Shown piece by piece: positions 11,801-21,996 of a stretch of 64,000 nt of DNA. Source of the DNA: a virus. The DNA lies in the IMG/VR virus record IMGVR_UViG_3300024221_000009, positions 27,387-91,386 of that record; one strand, written 5' to 3'. Each line of letters starts with the position of its first letter. Position 1 is the first letter of the stretch. Under the pieces are notes generated by a model, which saw only the letters and a list, made by a program, of their open reading frames with translations, had not been told where the DNA came from and made no database searches. The position numbers and the translations under genes were made by a program.

Positions 11801-13281
11801 CTGGGAATGGCAATATTTATGGGATGAAAGTACTTTCTATTCCTAATGACTCGGAAATTATAGTAAACGGAAGGCCTGTTTTATTTAATCCTACTCCTGA
11901 TATAGATCCAAACACTGGTGAGGAAGGTTCTCCGGTAGAAAGTGGAGCCCAAGTATTAGGGGATGCTGCTATGGCGGCTTTAGCTAATGACGTTGAGTTT
12001 AAATATTGGAAAACTGGAAAATCTGGTTGGAAAAACGTATTAGAAGAAATTGTTTCTTATAAATTTGCTCAAAGATTTAATAAATTCGGAGACATAGAAT
12101 ATATTACAGTAAATAAAGAAAATATAAAATACAATGAATTTGTATTAGAAGTTCAAGATGGTGTAGAGTTTTTAAAACCCTCAATACTAACAAATTCATC
12201 AGATGGAGATAGACCTAAATCATATCAGCTTTTTTCTGGTGAAATAGGTAAAGTTATATCAGGAAGAAACGACAGAGGATATTTTACAATTCTTAGAAGA
12301 ATGAATGGCGGTTATGATCCTTTATTTAAGGACTGTATCAGCTTTACAGATATTAACACAGAACAGAGCTTGCTTATTCCTGAATTAGGAGAAAACACAA
12401 TAGAGCCAGATAAGGCAGATATGAGAGCTAATTTAATCTATAATAAATTTAGATACCTGGGAGTATCGTTTGCTTCTTATAAAAATGTAGACTCTTCTTA
12501 TGGTTTTATTAACAATATGCATTTTCATAAGGTTAATGATGAAAATTCTAAAAACTTATTAAAATTGTCTGAGACATCTGATAAACTACCTTTATATCCA
12601 TTAATTGGAGAAATAGCAATTGATAAAAAAGACTTTAATGTATTTAAATCTAAATATGCTAGCGATTATTTTACAAAATCATTGCCTGGTTTAAATAGAG
12701 AAAAAGCACATGGAACTTTAACACCAATTGAATTAAAATCATTTATGGTTTCAACTATAATGAAAGTAAAAGATGAGTATGACTTAACTAATTTTTCTTC
12801 AACGGAAGAAACTAGTTTAGACGCGTTAGATAGAATAAGATTTAATAAATTAGACACTGCATCAATCCACTGGGTTGAAAATAATGAAGACATTATAGCT
12901 GATTTTTATTTACCAAGATCAATTTATAACGAGTTATTAGAAGATGGCATCTATCATAAATTTAAAAAATACGTAGACTCTGAAAATTCATTTGGAGATA
13001 AAACAACAATAGAAGACGATTTAGAAAAATATGTATATCATAATATTGTTAATAGGTTTATTATAGAATCTATTAGTGTTTATGGTATTGAAGGTAAAGA
13101 TTTAGAAACATCATTTGTTTCAGTTGATAATGTACAAGAATTAAAAGAAAATAATTTTAAACTAGACACTGGATTTGAGATACAAGGAGATCAAACGGAT
13201 GGTTTAAGTTTTAGACTAATATATAATAAAAGAATAGGCTATAAATATAATTTAAAGCTTCATATTAAAATACAAGCATAA
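8806..13281 (+). CDS. Large putative virion structural protein, 1491 aa
   Basis: Long ORF preceded by the late-promoter-like GATATATA (8773-8780), in a structural context. Confidence 0.5.
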   Translation: MAIKFNIENNELDNNSFALLRTNPKFTSNIKLIVDSSEDIFLSSFKANNTLSKVKFQKFEIKKNGEYSNDVAQFFKGVPVKERFETLRKNSDITPYSEYSYQYENQYNYGASFNSTKLYDEQYKMFAPIWLERRVPRKFVVYRVLDVDYKNKYEETTEGQNSRILNLLKDATIIKTFDLTRNSNVGQYLYNHVFSKAMPTSSLDFNFGEQGEISYNGIDTSKGGFASKLGLMNSEYLKEQTPEIYANELITSGFENSELISANLINMEFMFDDVNAEDYEIYRYFGLYVDDIEEGTFKINTISSSNTISVAPKSVETSYDLQNTELIPEDFLPNTDDLNKPTLNYIKYSDKDYMHIRNLNFSKDLRIPISKNSDDIDIIEYTKSDNKVKAIDKSISNKGFISFKVTGTPNHNDRLFIADKTEIKIENYSLYDFTLIADENLDAGKSVDNRFSTKGGVQSVAIAIGRVIDQKSKLFKIIVDKDTITIEDYANGDNRKRLVFGIYNQNLNQFVSVVHGESGDANLSNTLVNNPPIDTDFNDWSMFTPVGGSKKGAAFFVDKSELGDVKVNQYFKFSNLNKYVRITAIVNDYGDSNLYRVILENNISIPSDGDIQLYDKFRPSFGKFSAYDLKDFDFDFYSTQYSDLGELKYELSSEKFNNPLIPVLKQEEIGNTEQNSINIRSEYDRLSENKLKETSLLSRVVPTFMKFKLKGATNARNKPYLLNASEVFGADNLSPNIKIESGRSIDNLNMEHFHINKIPKRFITENGTLNGLNSYLDFKTDGDFTLEKLKSTDTDYFSLYFKWNGYKDFENDVWVDDKFKNLFTKFREGTGELNSSTVFRGLRYLYKKRKETEKVEPTEFIETSEINDFKFGVVLTYNSNSTIKSNKVNYKVVKNDTFKFICVFIELNIVLNVAGWLEREMLYNQTDIISGETTDPVTGITTPILVDSTIPFNLDLAGTDWNAPTEGYSVFPSNLLGAKFTEHVTPDNENNYSWIYFDTGNGNIYGMKVLSIPNDSEIIVNGRPVLFNPTPDIDPNTGEEGSPVESGAQVLGDAAMAALANDVEFKYWKTGKSGWKNVLEEIVSYKFAQRFNKFGDIEYITVNKENIKYNEFVLEVQDGVEFLKPSILTNSSDGDRPKSYQLFSGEIGKVISGRNDRGYFTILRRMNGGYDPLFKDCISFTDINTEQSLLIPELGENTIEPDKADMRANLIYNKFRYLGVSFASYKNVDSSYGFINNMHFHKVNDENSKNLLKLSETSDKLPLYPLIGEIAIDKKDFNVFKSKYASDYFTKSLPGLNREKAHGTLTPIELKSFMVSTIMKVKDEYDLTNFSSTEETSLDALDRIRFNKLDTASIHWVENNEDIIADFYLPRSIYNELLEDGIYHKFKKYVDSENSFGDKTTIEDDLEKYVYHNIVNRFIIESISVYGIEGKDLETSFVSVDNVQELKENNFKLDTGFEIQGDQTDGLSFRLIYNKRIGYKYNLKLHIKIQA

Positions 13282-13284
13282 TAG

Positions 13285-15822
13285 ATGCCAATCAGAGTTC
13301 AAGAAATATTTAGAAGCGATTTAGATCCCAATAGTGATTACTGGTGGGCTAGTGATAAATTAGATAAACTTAATTATAATTTTGGTTTGCTATCATTAGG
13401 TGGTGTACCAGGTCCACTAGGACCCCAAGGTAATGATGGTTTTACTGGTGAAAGAGGTTTTCAAGGACTGGTAGGTTTTCAAGGTCCATTAGGACATCAA
13501 GGCTCTACTGGATTAGCCGGATATTCTCTATGGAAGATAATAAGCGGAGAAGATAATGATACTTTGATTCCATTATTTCAAGACAATGGATTATCAGAGT
13601 ATTCTGCAATACCTATTATTATCGGTGGAGAAGATGACTCCATATTATGGAGCTCCGGAACCCAAGGCCCGGATCCTTATGGATATGATACTCCTTTAAA
13701 TTATGAAAGTTCGGTTGCAACGTTCTATGCTAAGCAAAATAAGATTAATTTATCTTTTAGCTTAAATAATTCAGACGCTGGATATAGAATCAATGATGTA
13801 ACGTCATCAACTAATATTGTTGATTTTGGTAATTTACCAGCCGATCCAAATATCGCAGGATATTTACATGTAAATAATATTTTAGATCAAACAGAATATA
13901 ATTTACAATATTTAGATGCTCAAAATGAATTTCAAAACCTGCTTTCAATTGATGAAAATGATTTAACATCGTTTTCAACGAATTCAGTATTTAATCAACC
14001 AGTTATAGTAAATTCTTTAAAATATAATTCAAACGCAGGTATTGGAAAAGTTCTAGTATCTACAAACACTGATGGTGATGTCATTTGGAAAAATCAAGTT
14101 GAAGTTTTTAGCGCTCTTCCTGAAGGTTCTGTAATATCTCTAAGAAGAGAAGATTTTAATAATATTAATTTTCATATAAACGATGCAGGATCTTTAAGTG
14201 AAGATCAAGCTAATGAATTAAATATAATATATGGTAGAGGAAGAGAAGAAGGACCTTTTAGAGGATGGTATCTAGCTAATGGTAAAACTTGGGAATTTGA
14301 TAATGGATTAGTTGCACATGCTGTTCCTAATTTAAATAGTTTTAATTATGTTATTGATAGCGGTACAGCAGGTACTGGAGAATTAGGAGGTACTGCAGGG
14401 GATGATACTACTATTATTATAGGAGGTGGAGACACTCAAGTAAACGCCCTATATAGTAATCCAAATACGAATTATACGGTAGATCTTACTTTAAATTCTT
14501 CGGACGATACTTTAGACGTAGATAGTATTACAGGCTCTTCTGCGATTTTACATAAAAATGTAAATATAGTAAAATTAAACGAAAACAACTTATATTGGAG
14601 AACAAATCCAGGAGGAGTACCTTTAACATTAACAATAGCGCTTTCAGTACCAGGAGATAATTCTGGAGTTGCATGTAGTAATTCACAGCAGAATTATGAA
14701 ATTACTAATATTAGCGGAATAAGTGAATGGATAGATACTTCAAACGCTTTAACAGGATCTACGTTATACACTTCTGTTAATGGAGCCGCAGGATCTATCG
14801 CCGTTGCTAATAAATGGTATGCAACTGGCGGTGTTGCTAGATTTTGGAATGGAAGTTCATTTACATCAATAGTATCTTGTCCAGTTGTAAGCAATGTAAA
14901 CTTAAGATATGATCTTAGTGTTACTGCCTTAAATGGAAGTGTTACATCGACTGGTATTTTTGAAATAGACGGAACAGATTTTGCAAGTGCAACAACGCTA
15001 ATGGACTCTAATAACAATAACGCTAACGGCGGATGGTATAAAGTATCTAATGATGTTAATGGATTACGTAGGTTCTGGAATGGAAGTCAATTCTTAGGAG
15101 ATTCAATTAGTGAAGAGTATGTTTATGAAGAAACTAACTTACAGCTATCTAATCAATCCGGAACTAGTGCATGTTCAATGTATGGTAGCATCACTCCTGA
15201 TTTTATATATTATGCAACAGACAATATACCTACTGGGCCGGCTCTAAATCAATTAAGCAACATAAAAAGCGTAGACGGTGTTGTATACGTTCACTATAAT
15301 TGGATAGGATCAGTTGGCGGTCAATTTCCACTAGTTAAAGTTTATGAACAAAATATAGTTAATAGTTCATCACCTTATTCTTCTATTATTGAAGGTAGTT
15401 TTAGTGGAAACAACGTATATGTTTCAAATATACTAACAACATCTAAAGTTGGTAAAGCAATAAGGTGTAATGACAATATAACTGGAAATACTGGAATTAA
15501 TATAATAGACTGGAATAGTGGAAACCCACCTACAGTCGACGGCACTGGCGGAGTAATCGACATATATACACAAAACGGAAGAACTTTAAAATTAATAGCA
15601 ACAAATAGTAACCAAAGCCATTGGGCTATAGCAAATGTTGTTATAACTGGTTCTAACGGATTTAGTACAACTTTAAGTGTATCACTAGAAGGAGATGTTG
15701 GTTCTAGTAATCAAAGTAGAACAGATACAGATACAGTTCCATTATTGGCTGGAGAATACACATGGACTTGGGACGTACTTAACATGACAAATTCAAGTAT
15801 AATTAATTTTGTGTTTGATTAA
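13285..15822 (+). CDS. Tail fibre protein with collagen-like repeat and tail-collar-like domain
   Basis: KLDKLNYNF attachment motif, G-X-Y run (GPLGPQGNDGFTGERGFQG...), collar-like LPEGSV...GWYLANG...VPNL, and repeated WY..RFWNG units in the distal part. Confidence 0.7.
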   Translation: MPIRVQEIFRSDLDPNSDYWWASDKLDKLNYNFGLLSLGGVPGPLGPQGNDGFTGERGFQGLVGFQGPLGHQGSTGLAGYSLWKIISGEDNDTLIPLFQDNGLSEYSAIPIIIGGEDDSILWSSGTQGPDPYGYDTPLNYESSVATFYAKQNKINLSFSLNNSDAGYRINDVTSSTNIVDFGNLPADPNIAGYLHVNNILDQTEYNLQYLDAQNEFQNLLSIDENDLTSFSTNSVFNQPVIVNSLKYNSNAGIGKVLVSTNTDGDVIWKNQVEVFSALPEGSVISLRREDFNNINFHINDAGSLSEDQANELNIIYGRGREEGPFRGWYLANGKTWEFDNGLVAHAVPNLNSFNYVIDSGTAGTGELGGTAGDDTTIIIGGGDTQVNALYSNPNTNYTVDLTLNSSDDTLDVDSITGSSAILHKNVNIVKLNENNLYWRTNPGGVPLTLTIALSVPGDNSGVACSNSQQNYEITNISGISEWIDTSNALTGSTLYTSVNGAAGSIAVANKWYATGGVARFWNGSSFTSIVSCPVVSNVNLRYDLSVTALNGSVTSTGIFEIDGTDFASATTLMDSNNNNANGGWYKVSNDVNGLRRFWNGSQFLGDSISEEYVYEETNLQLSNQSGTSACSMYGSITPDFIYYATDNIPTGPALNQLSNIKSVDGVVYVHYNWIGSVGGQFPLVKVYEQNIVNSSSPYSSIIEGSFSGNNVYVSNILTTSKVGKAIRCNDNITGNTGINIIDWNSGNPPTVDGTGGVIDIYTQNGRTLKLIATNSNQSHWAIANVVITGSNGFSTTLSVSLEGDVGSSNQSRTDTDTVPLLAGEYTWTWDVLNMTNSSIINFVFD

Positions 15823-15880
15823 TGTAATTAATTTAACTATATCTCAATAAAAAACAAATATATAATAAATATACTATAAG

Positions 15881-18175
15881 ATGGCAATTAATTTAAAACA
15901 AATATTAATATCAGACACTGATAACATTAAATTAGACAAAGTTAACTATAACTTTGATCAGTTAGTTGCTAATGGTGGAGGACCCCAGGGTTCACAGGGT
16001 ACTGATGGAATTACAGGTTTTCAAGGAGTTACTGGATATCAAGGTTTTCAAGGAGAAATTGGTGATCAAGGAGTTCAAGGTGCTCAAGGTACTAATGGAC
16101 AAGATATTTGGAAAATAAATATAGGTGATCCAGGTCAACAAACAGTTGATACTATTTTACCAGCACATGATATAACTAGTATAGCTAATCCACCAGCTGT
16201 TGTTATAGGATATAAAACAGATGACTTTCAATATGATTTACCAGAGGGTAATTCACAATTTGTAATACACAGACATGATCCTTTTCAAAGTAATTTAGAA
16301 TTAAAATATAGCGGTAATACAGATACATCTTTTACGTTTGATTTAAGAGATAACGGGCAGCCAATGACAGTTGGTAGCATACTAACTCTTAAGTTTAAAG
16401 GCACTCAAAACGTAAATGATACAAATATATTTAACAGTGTTGCTGACAAATTTATTTGGAGAAAAACAGAAGGATCTCCAGAGCTAGTTTCAATAGACGA
16501 AAACTTATTTACAACAACTTTAGAAGCTGAATTTAATAATCTTACAGTAAATGATGGATTAACAATAAGTGATACAAGTGCTGATGTAGATAAAATTGCA
16601 GTATCTGTTGATTCAGATGGTGAAATTACTTTTAAAAGTGTTGATGAAATCGGAGGGGTGGTTCCAGTAGGTACTATAGTGTCTATGGTTCCTTCTTTTT
16701 TTACAGATTCAACTAAATTTATAAATCAAGAAACATTAAATTCGGTAAGTTCGCACCCTTTACAGATAAAGGTTGGTGCTGGTATAGGAGAGCATGCTGG
16801 GTGGTATTTATGTAATGGTCAAGATTGGACTAACGGTGAATCAACTTATTCAACACCTGATCTAAACTCATTTTCATACACAATAGACAATGATCCTAAT
16901 ATTAGTGATTCAACAAGCCAAGGAGATGCTAATGTATCTAACAATTCTCTTTCGATTATAGGAGGAGCAGATACTAGCTTAACAGGTACTTATAATCAAG
17001 CAAATAGCAATTATACTGTTACAGGTACTTTAGATCCTAATACAACTGAAAACTTTTATACAGCAACAGGTTCAACTTACGTTGTTAAAAAACTTCCTCA
17101 AGTAATATATTTAGGATTAGATGATTTATATTGGAGTGACGCTGGATCAAATCAAGGGTTTGTACCGAGCTCGTTTACTATACCAGATTGGACTGGAAAC
17201 GTTTCGCTCACAGTTCCTTCTTCAGGTGGACATCCAGCATTTACATTAGGTAATTCAACTGATGTTAGACCTCAAGCGAGTCAACAGCCATTCCCTGCAA
17301 ACACAACACAAACCGATAACGGGCCATACTCATATAATTATGAAGTGTTAGTTCCAAGTGGATATGCAAACTCAGGATCATATATTCAAGACACAATACA
17401 AGGTGTTATTGTAGAGACAAGCTATAATCCTTCATTTAATGCAGTATTAAACTTTCAACCAACAACCCCTAACACATCAGGAGCATTAAGCTATAGTGAT
17501 GGACATACTGGAACTCCAGGTTCTCAAGGAGCTGGTACAATTACAGTAAACGCACCTAATGATTATTATTTTGTAGATGACCCTGCAATAGTTTATGCTT
17601 CAGGACCTCAAGCAAATGCTTCAATATCACATGACGGCGATGTATACGCAGCGGACGGTACTACTAGTATTGGTAAAACATACGATACCGCTTTTACAAT
17701 AGGATCTACAGGTACTACAACAGAGTATACGTATTCTAGTAACGTTCCAAGTGTATTAACACAAGACGTTATTGAAACAGCAGTAGAAACATCTCTTGGA
17801 AGCGGTGGTATAAATTGGGAATGGGCATTTTCAAGTAGTGTTATAACAAACCAACAAGGAAATCACGTATATACTGGGAGACCAAATGAAACATATAACC
17901 TACAAGTAAGCTGTTGGTACATAGGCCCAAATTCAAACCCGGTAGGTATGCAACAATTTTCAATTCAAACAACTCAATTAAGCGGTCTAAATCTAGGATA
18001 CGACGTTGACTCTGATCCTTCTTCATCTGGAGCAGACATATATATGTCAGATACTGGTAATAATACAATGCCACCGAGTGGAGGATCGTCATCAAGAATG
18101 TATGCGGGTATGTTAACAATAACTTCAACAGGTATTGGAAGTGGAGAGTTTTTAAATAGAATGCAACACATATAA
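15881..18175 (+). CDS. Tail fibre protein (paralog of 13285..15822)
   Basis: KLDKVNYNF, G-X-Y run (GPQGSQGTDGITGFQG...), collar-like VPVGTIV...GWYLCNG...TPDL, and a different T/S/G-rich distal region. Confidence 0.7.
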   Translation: MAINLKQILISDTDNIKLDKVNYNFDQLVANGGGPQGSQGTDGITGFQGVTGYQGFQGEIGDQGVQGAQGTNGQDIWKINIGDPGQQTVDTILPAHDITSIANPPAVVIGYKTDDFQYDLPEGNSQFVIHRHDPFQSNLELKYSGNTDTSFTFDLRDNGQPMTVGSILTLKFKGTQNVNDTNIFNSVADKFIWRKTEGSPELVSIDENLFTTTLEAEFNNLTVNDGLTISDTSADVDKIAVSVDSDGEITFKSVDEIGGVVPVGTIVSMVPSFFTDSTKFINQETLNSVSSHPLQIKVGAGIGEHAGWYLCNGQDWTNGESTYSTPDLNSFSYTIDNDPNISDSTSQGDANVSNNSLSIIGGADTSLTGTYNQANSNYTVTGTLDPNTTENFYTATGSTYVVKKLPQVIYLGLDDLYWSDAGSNQGFVPSSFTIPDWTGNVSLTVPSSGGHPAFTLGNSTDVRPQASQQPFPANTTQTDNGPYSYNYEVLVPSGYANSGSYIQDTIQGVIVETSYNPSFNAVLNFQPTTPNTSGALSYSDGHTGTPGSQGAGTITVNAPNDYYFVDDPAIVYASGPQANASISHDGDVYAADGTTSIGKTYDTAFTIGSTGTTTEYTYSSNVPSVLTQDVIETAVETSLGSGGINWEWAFSSSVITNQQGNHVYTGRPNETYNLQVSCWYIGPNSNPVGMQQFSIQTTQLSGLNLGYDVDSDPSSSGADIYMSDTGNNTMPPSGGSSSRMYAGMLTITSTGIGSGEFLNRMQHI

Positions 18176-18178
18176 AAT

Positions 18179-18991
18179 ATGATTTTTTATAAATACATAC
18201 TTGATAAAATATTAAATAAGAATACTCTAATTTTCATTGGAGTTTCTTTGTTTGTTTTGCTTTTTTTAAGACAATGTAATCAAATAGAAAACTTAAAGAT
18301 AGAAATAGATAATGCTCAAAAAATATCTAATAGAAACTTAAATAATTATAAAGCGAGTTTAGATACTATTAAATTTGAGAAAAATAAGAATGAAGAAACT
18401 ATTGCTAAGATAAGATCTTATGAATTAGAGGTTTCAGATTTAAATAAATCTAAAGCAAATCTTCTTAAAAAATATAACAATGTTTTAAGCATAAATAAAG
18501 ACGTTGAAGAGATTAATTCAGTAATTAGTGCAGATCTAGAGGTTAAAGATTCTATAATTAACGCAACATCTATTATTACAAAAGAAGCAGACACAACAAC
18601 ACTTTCAATATTTGATAATAAAGAGTGGGATAAATATAATTGGAGAAGTTTTGATGGATCATTAAGATTAAGAGTTAATGATTCTTCATTTAGCCTACTT
18701 TCATCAGAGTTTAACTTTAGTCAAGGTATTAGTTTGACAGCGGGTATTATAAAAACAACTGAAGGAAATAGCTTAAAAATAACTTCGCCATATCCTAATT
18801 TAACATTTACTAGGATTGAAAATTTAAATTTAGTAAATGATGAATTAAATAGACCTATGATAGGAAAGTCAGGATGGTCTGTAGGATTTGGAGTTGGATA
18901 TGGATTAAATTTAAATCCAAATCAAGTAATTAGTGTAGGACCTACTATTGGAATAGGACTTTATTGGTCTCCAAAATGGTTAAGATTTTAA
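18179..18991 (+). CDS. Membrane-anchored coiled-coil protein, putative spanin-like lysis protein
   Basis: N-terminal hydrophobic helix ending in LRQC, then a coiled coil, then a Gly/aromatic alternating beta-hairpin ending in F. Confidence 0.45.
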   Translation: MIFYKYILDKILNKNTLIFIGVSLFVLLFLRQCNQIENLKIEIDNAQKISNRNLNNYKASLDTIKFEKNKNEETIAKIRSYELEVSDLNKSKANLLKKYNNVLSINKDVEEINSVISADLEVKDSIINATSIITKEADTTTLSIFDNKEWDKYNWRSFDGSLRLRVNDSSFSLLSSEFNFSQGISLTAGIIKTTEGNSLKITSPYPNLTFTRIENLNLVNDELNRPMIGKSGWSVGFGVGYGLNLNPNQVISVGPTIGIGLYWSPKWLRF

Positions 18992-19007
18992 AATATAAAA
19001 AATAACA

Positions 19008-21062
19008 ATGGCGCAATCATCTAAATTTGCAAGACTTGACGAAGACGTACTATTAGAATTTATCTATCACGATCAAAGCGCGACTGATAATGCTAAAATA
19101 GAAAATGACGAAAACGGAAGTCAACTTAAATACTTAAACACATCAAACACGAATAGTGCTGATAGAATGCTTATTCACGAGTTAGGAAGTGATGTTGTTA
19201 ATTTTACAGTAAATGTTGCAAATGGATATGTATATGTAAACAATTTCGCTTCTAGAGAGCTAATCTTAAAGAATGGAATGACATATAAATTTAATCTAAA
19301 TGATGTGTCAATAGATAATCAATCTGGGTTCTATATAAATGGAGTTGCTCAAACGCCAGTTGGTGGAATAGTAACTTATAGTCCTAATACAAATGGAAAT
19401 TACACATACTCTTATGAAAACGCATTAGGTACTTCTTTTATTGGAGGTAATTTAATGGTTGGTGACAGAGCTAATTCTTTATATGCAAGACCAGAACAGG
19501 AAACAGGTAATACAATTAAAACAGCACCGGGAGAAGTTGGAAGATACTATGCAGTACCAACTGATAATTCAAATACATTAGCACTTTTAGGAAATGATTT
19601 AGATTATTTAAATTCTCAAGAATGGGAAGGAACAAGTTCTGCTAATTTAGGAGTTGTTCAATCTTCACAAGTACAGGCAGTATGGTATGATACTATAAGA
19701 CTTCACTTAAGAACAGGATATAGTTTTAGTGGTAGAGGATACGAAGGATTTTTATTCCAAGTAAAAGCAAAAAGAAATTCAGGAGAATATGGTTATTTTA
19801 CTTCTGTTGTTTATTTAAACTCTTCAAGCTTTGAGGTTCAAAATCCTAATCCATTTACTTTAGTTGATAGTTCTTTTTCAAAATATATTGAAATTAAAGT
19901 ACCTGCACTAATACACATGTCAGACGCTAACAAAAATTTAGAGTTTTCTGAAACTTTTTTTGGGACAGGATCTGATGCAATACTTTCAACTGCAAATTAT
20001 GAAATATCTTTAGGATTAATATCTGATGTTAAAACTGTTACAGGATATGATTATATTGAAATTGCTGATGAAAAAGAAATAACACTAGCACAAGAAGACG
20101 AATTCGTAGATATAGCTGTTAATTTAAATGAAGATCCTAATGGAGACTATTTTCAAATATATGGAACTAAAGACGGCTCTCAATCAGGATTTGAAAACTA
20201 TATTAATGGTAGAATAGAAACAACATCAGATGACATTACAGTTTTTTATGATGTTGAAGTTAGTGAACAAATAGGTTTAAATTATATAAGTACATATCAA
20301 TCAACGTTCTCACAGGTTTCAAATTTTGATCAAAACTTAATATACAGACCTGTAATTTTAAATTCTTCAGTAAGTAGTAACTTTTTATTACAAGTATCTA
20401 TGAGAATTTATAATGAAACAGATAATACACAAATATTAAAAAGAGCTTCTTTAATATACAATAAGCCTAAGAAATATGGTAGAAGAATGTCTAAAATAAA
20501 TTTAAGTGGAAATTATTCTCCAACTGTAATTTACAATAAACTAGACAATACATCAGTTAATAGAGAAATTAATCAATTTGTTAACTCATCAAGACCTGTT
20601 ATAGGAGAAACTAAATATGTGCCAGTTGCTATTAATGTATATGGCGTTGTTGCAGGATCTACTAATATAACACTACAAGGAACTGAAATAGAGTCAACGA
20701 ATGAAATTGATTATTCTCAAAATGGAGAAGGAGAAATAACTTTATCTAAAGTGTCTGATAACTTTATTAAATTTAGTATTGCTAAACCAGCTGGAGATTC
20801 TTTAGAATCTATAAGTTTGGTTAATGCTGATGATATTGTTTTAATTATTAAATCAGGGGCAGTGGAACAACAAGTTAGCCACAACCCTACTTTCCCAGAT
20901 ATCGATTTAGGAAATGGAGAAGTTTTATTTAAAGTAAATAAGGCAGTCGCAACAAGATTTGATAAAGAAGATACTAATATAAATCAAGATAAGTTTTATA
21001 TTAACTTAAAGAATGGAGAAACAGAATCTCTTCTATATCACGGTAAAGTAAATATTATATAA
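19008..21062 (+). CDS. Putative virion structural protein, 684 aa
   Basis: Beta-rich ORF in the structural block whose stop overlaps the next start codon. Confidence 0.45.
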   Translation: MAQSSKFARLDEDVLLEFIYHDQSATDNAKIENDENGSQLKYLNTSNTNSADRMLIHELGSDVVNFTVNVANGYVYVNNFASRELILKNGMTYKFNLNDVSIDNQSGFYINGVAQTPVGGIVTYSPNTNGNYTYSYENALGTSFIGGNLMVGDRANSLYARPEQETGNTIKTAPGEVGRYYAVPTDNSNTLALLGNDLDYLNSQEWEGTSSANLGVVQSSQVQAVWYDTIRLHLRTGYSFSGRGYEGFLFQVKAKRNSGEYGYFTSVVYLNSSSFEVQNPNPFTLVDSSFSKYIEIKVPALIHMSDANKNLEFSETFFGTGSDAILSTANYEISLGLISDVKTVTGYDYIEIADEKEITLAQEDEFVDIAVNLNEDPNGDYFQIYGTKDGSQSGFENYINGRIETTSDDITVFYDVEVSEQIGLNYISTYQSTFSQVSNFDQNLIYRPVILNSSVSSNFLLQVSMRIYNETDNTQILKRASLIYNKPKKYGRRMSKINLSGNYSPTVIYNKLDNTSVNREINQFVNSSRPVIGETKYVPVAINVYGVVAGSTNITLQGTEIESTNEIDYSQNGEGEITLSKVSDNFIKFSIAKPAGDSLESISLVNADDIVLIIKSGAVEQQVSHNPTFPDIDLGNGEVLFKVNKAVATRFDKEDTNINQDKFYINLKNGETESLLYHGKVNII

Positions 21063-21613
21063 TGATATTAAACAGTAGAAATAACTTATTTAACTTTAAA
21101 TTTCCTCGTAAATTTATACCGGTTGAAGTGGCTGATAAATACAGGAAGTATTTAAACAGAATGCCTGGGAATTTAATTACAGAACCTATTGATTTTATTA
21201 ACTACTCAATACAAGGTATTGCAATTCCTGGAATTGAATTTGATCCTGTAGAACAAACACCAAATGATGGTACTATTACATATCATAGAGGATCCATACC
21301 TATTCAAAACACAATTGAAAGACAATTTCAAGTAGAGTTGCAACTATTAGATGGGTATATAAATTATTGGATTTTACAAGACACTCTTTTGTATTACTAT
21401 TCTAAATCTGTTAGAGCTCCATTTATTGATGATTTAAAGCTTCAAATATTAGATGCTGAAGGAATACATGTTATGAGTGCTACATTTGAAAAACCTATTA
21501 TGAACTCAATTACCGAACTGGAATTAAACATGAGTTCTAACATAGCGGAGTTTAACACATTTACAATTAACTTTTATTATAATAAATTTAATTTAAAGTT
21601 AGAAATTGATTAA
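21062..21613 (+). CDS. Tail tube terminator / tail completion protein (T4 gp3-like)
   Basis: QGIAIPGI, LQILD...MSATFEKP...ITELEL and a final beta strand match the T4 gp3 pattern (QSVPIPGI, LYILD..MSINFYKP..LSEVEF). Size is similar. Confidence 0.65.
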   Translation: MILNSRNNLFNFKFPRKFIPVEVADKYRKYLNRMPGNLITEPIDFINYSIQGIAIPGIEFDPVEQTPNDGTITYHRGSIPIQNTIERQFQVELQLLDGYINYWILQDTLLYYYSKSVRAPFIDDLKLQILDAEGIHVMSATFEKPIMNSITELELNMSSNIAEFNTFTINFYYNKFNLKLEID

Positions 21614-21625
21614 GATATATACTAT

Positions 21626-21994
21626 ATGAAAACATTTTTAGATTACATGACAAATGCCAATGCAACTGAAGCAGAACTTCAAATATTGCAAGAATCTTTA
21701 CAGTCGGAGTGGACTGAATCTTTAGAAGAAAAAGTAGATTCTGCTCTTGAAGAATTTGTATCAGAATACAAGCAGGAAGATGGAACATACGATGTTGAAA
21801 GACTTAATAATGAAATGACTAATGAAGGTATATTAGGTTCTATTTTTGGAGGTCTTACTGGGTTTGCTTTAGGAAAAACAATTGGTAAAGCAGTTGCTAA
21901 AGTCTTAGGTATTGAAAAAGGAATAATGTATGAAATGCTAACCTCTCGATTAGTTGGTGCCGCTCTTGGTGCTGCAATCGGTAAAAAACTATAA
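21626..21994 (+). CDS. Acidic pro-region plus glycine-zipper hydrophobic C-terminus; candidate capsid-packaged protein
   Basis: CTS-like start MKTFLDYM, acidic linker, TNE|G site, then GILGSIFGGLTGFALG...GAALGAAIG. A late promoter lies immediately upstream. Confidence 0.5.
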   Translation: MKTFLDYMTNANATEAELQILQESLQSEWTESLEEKVDSALEEFVSEYKQEDGTYDVERLNNEMTNEGILGSIFGGLTGFALGKTIGKAVAKVLGIEKGIMYEMLTSRLVGAALGAAIGKKL

Positions 21995-21996
21995 GA

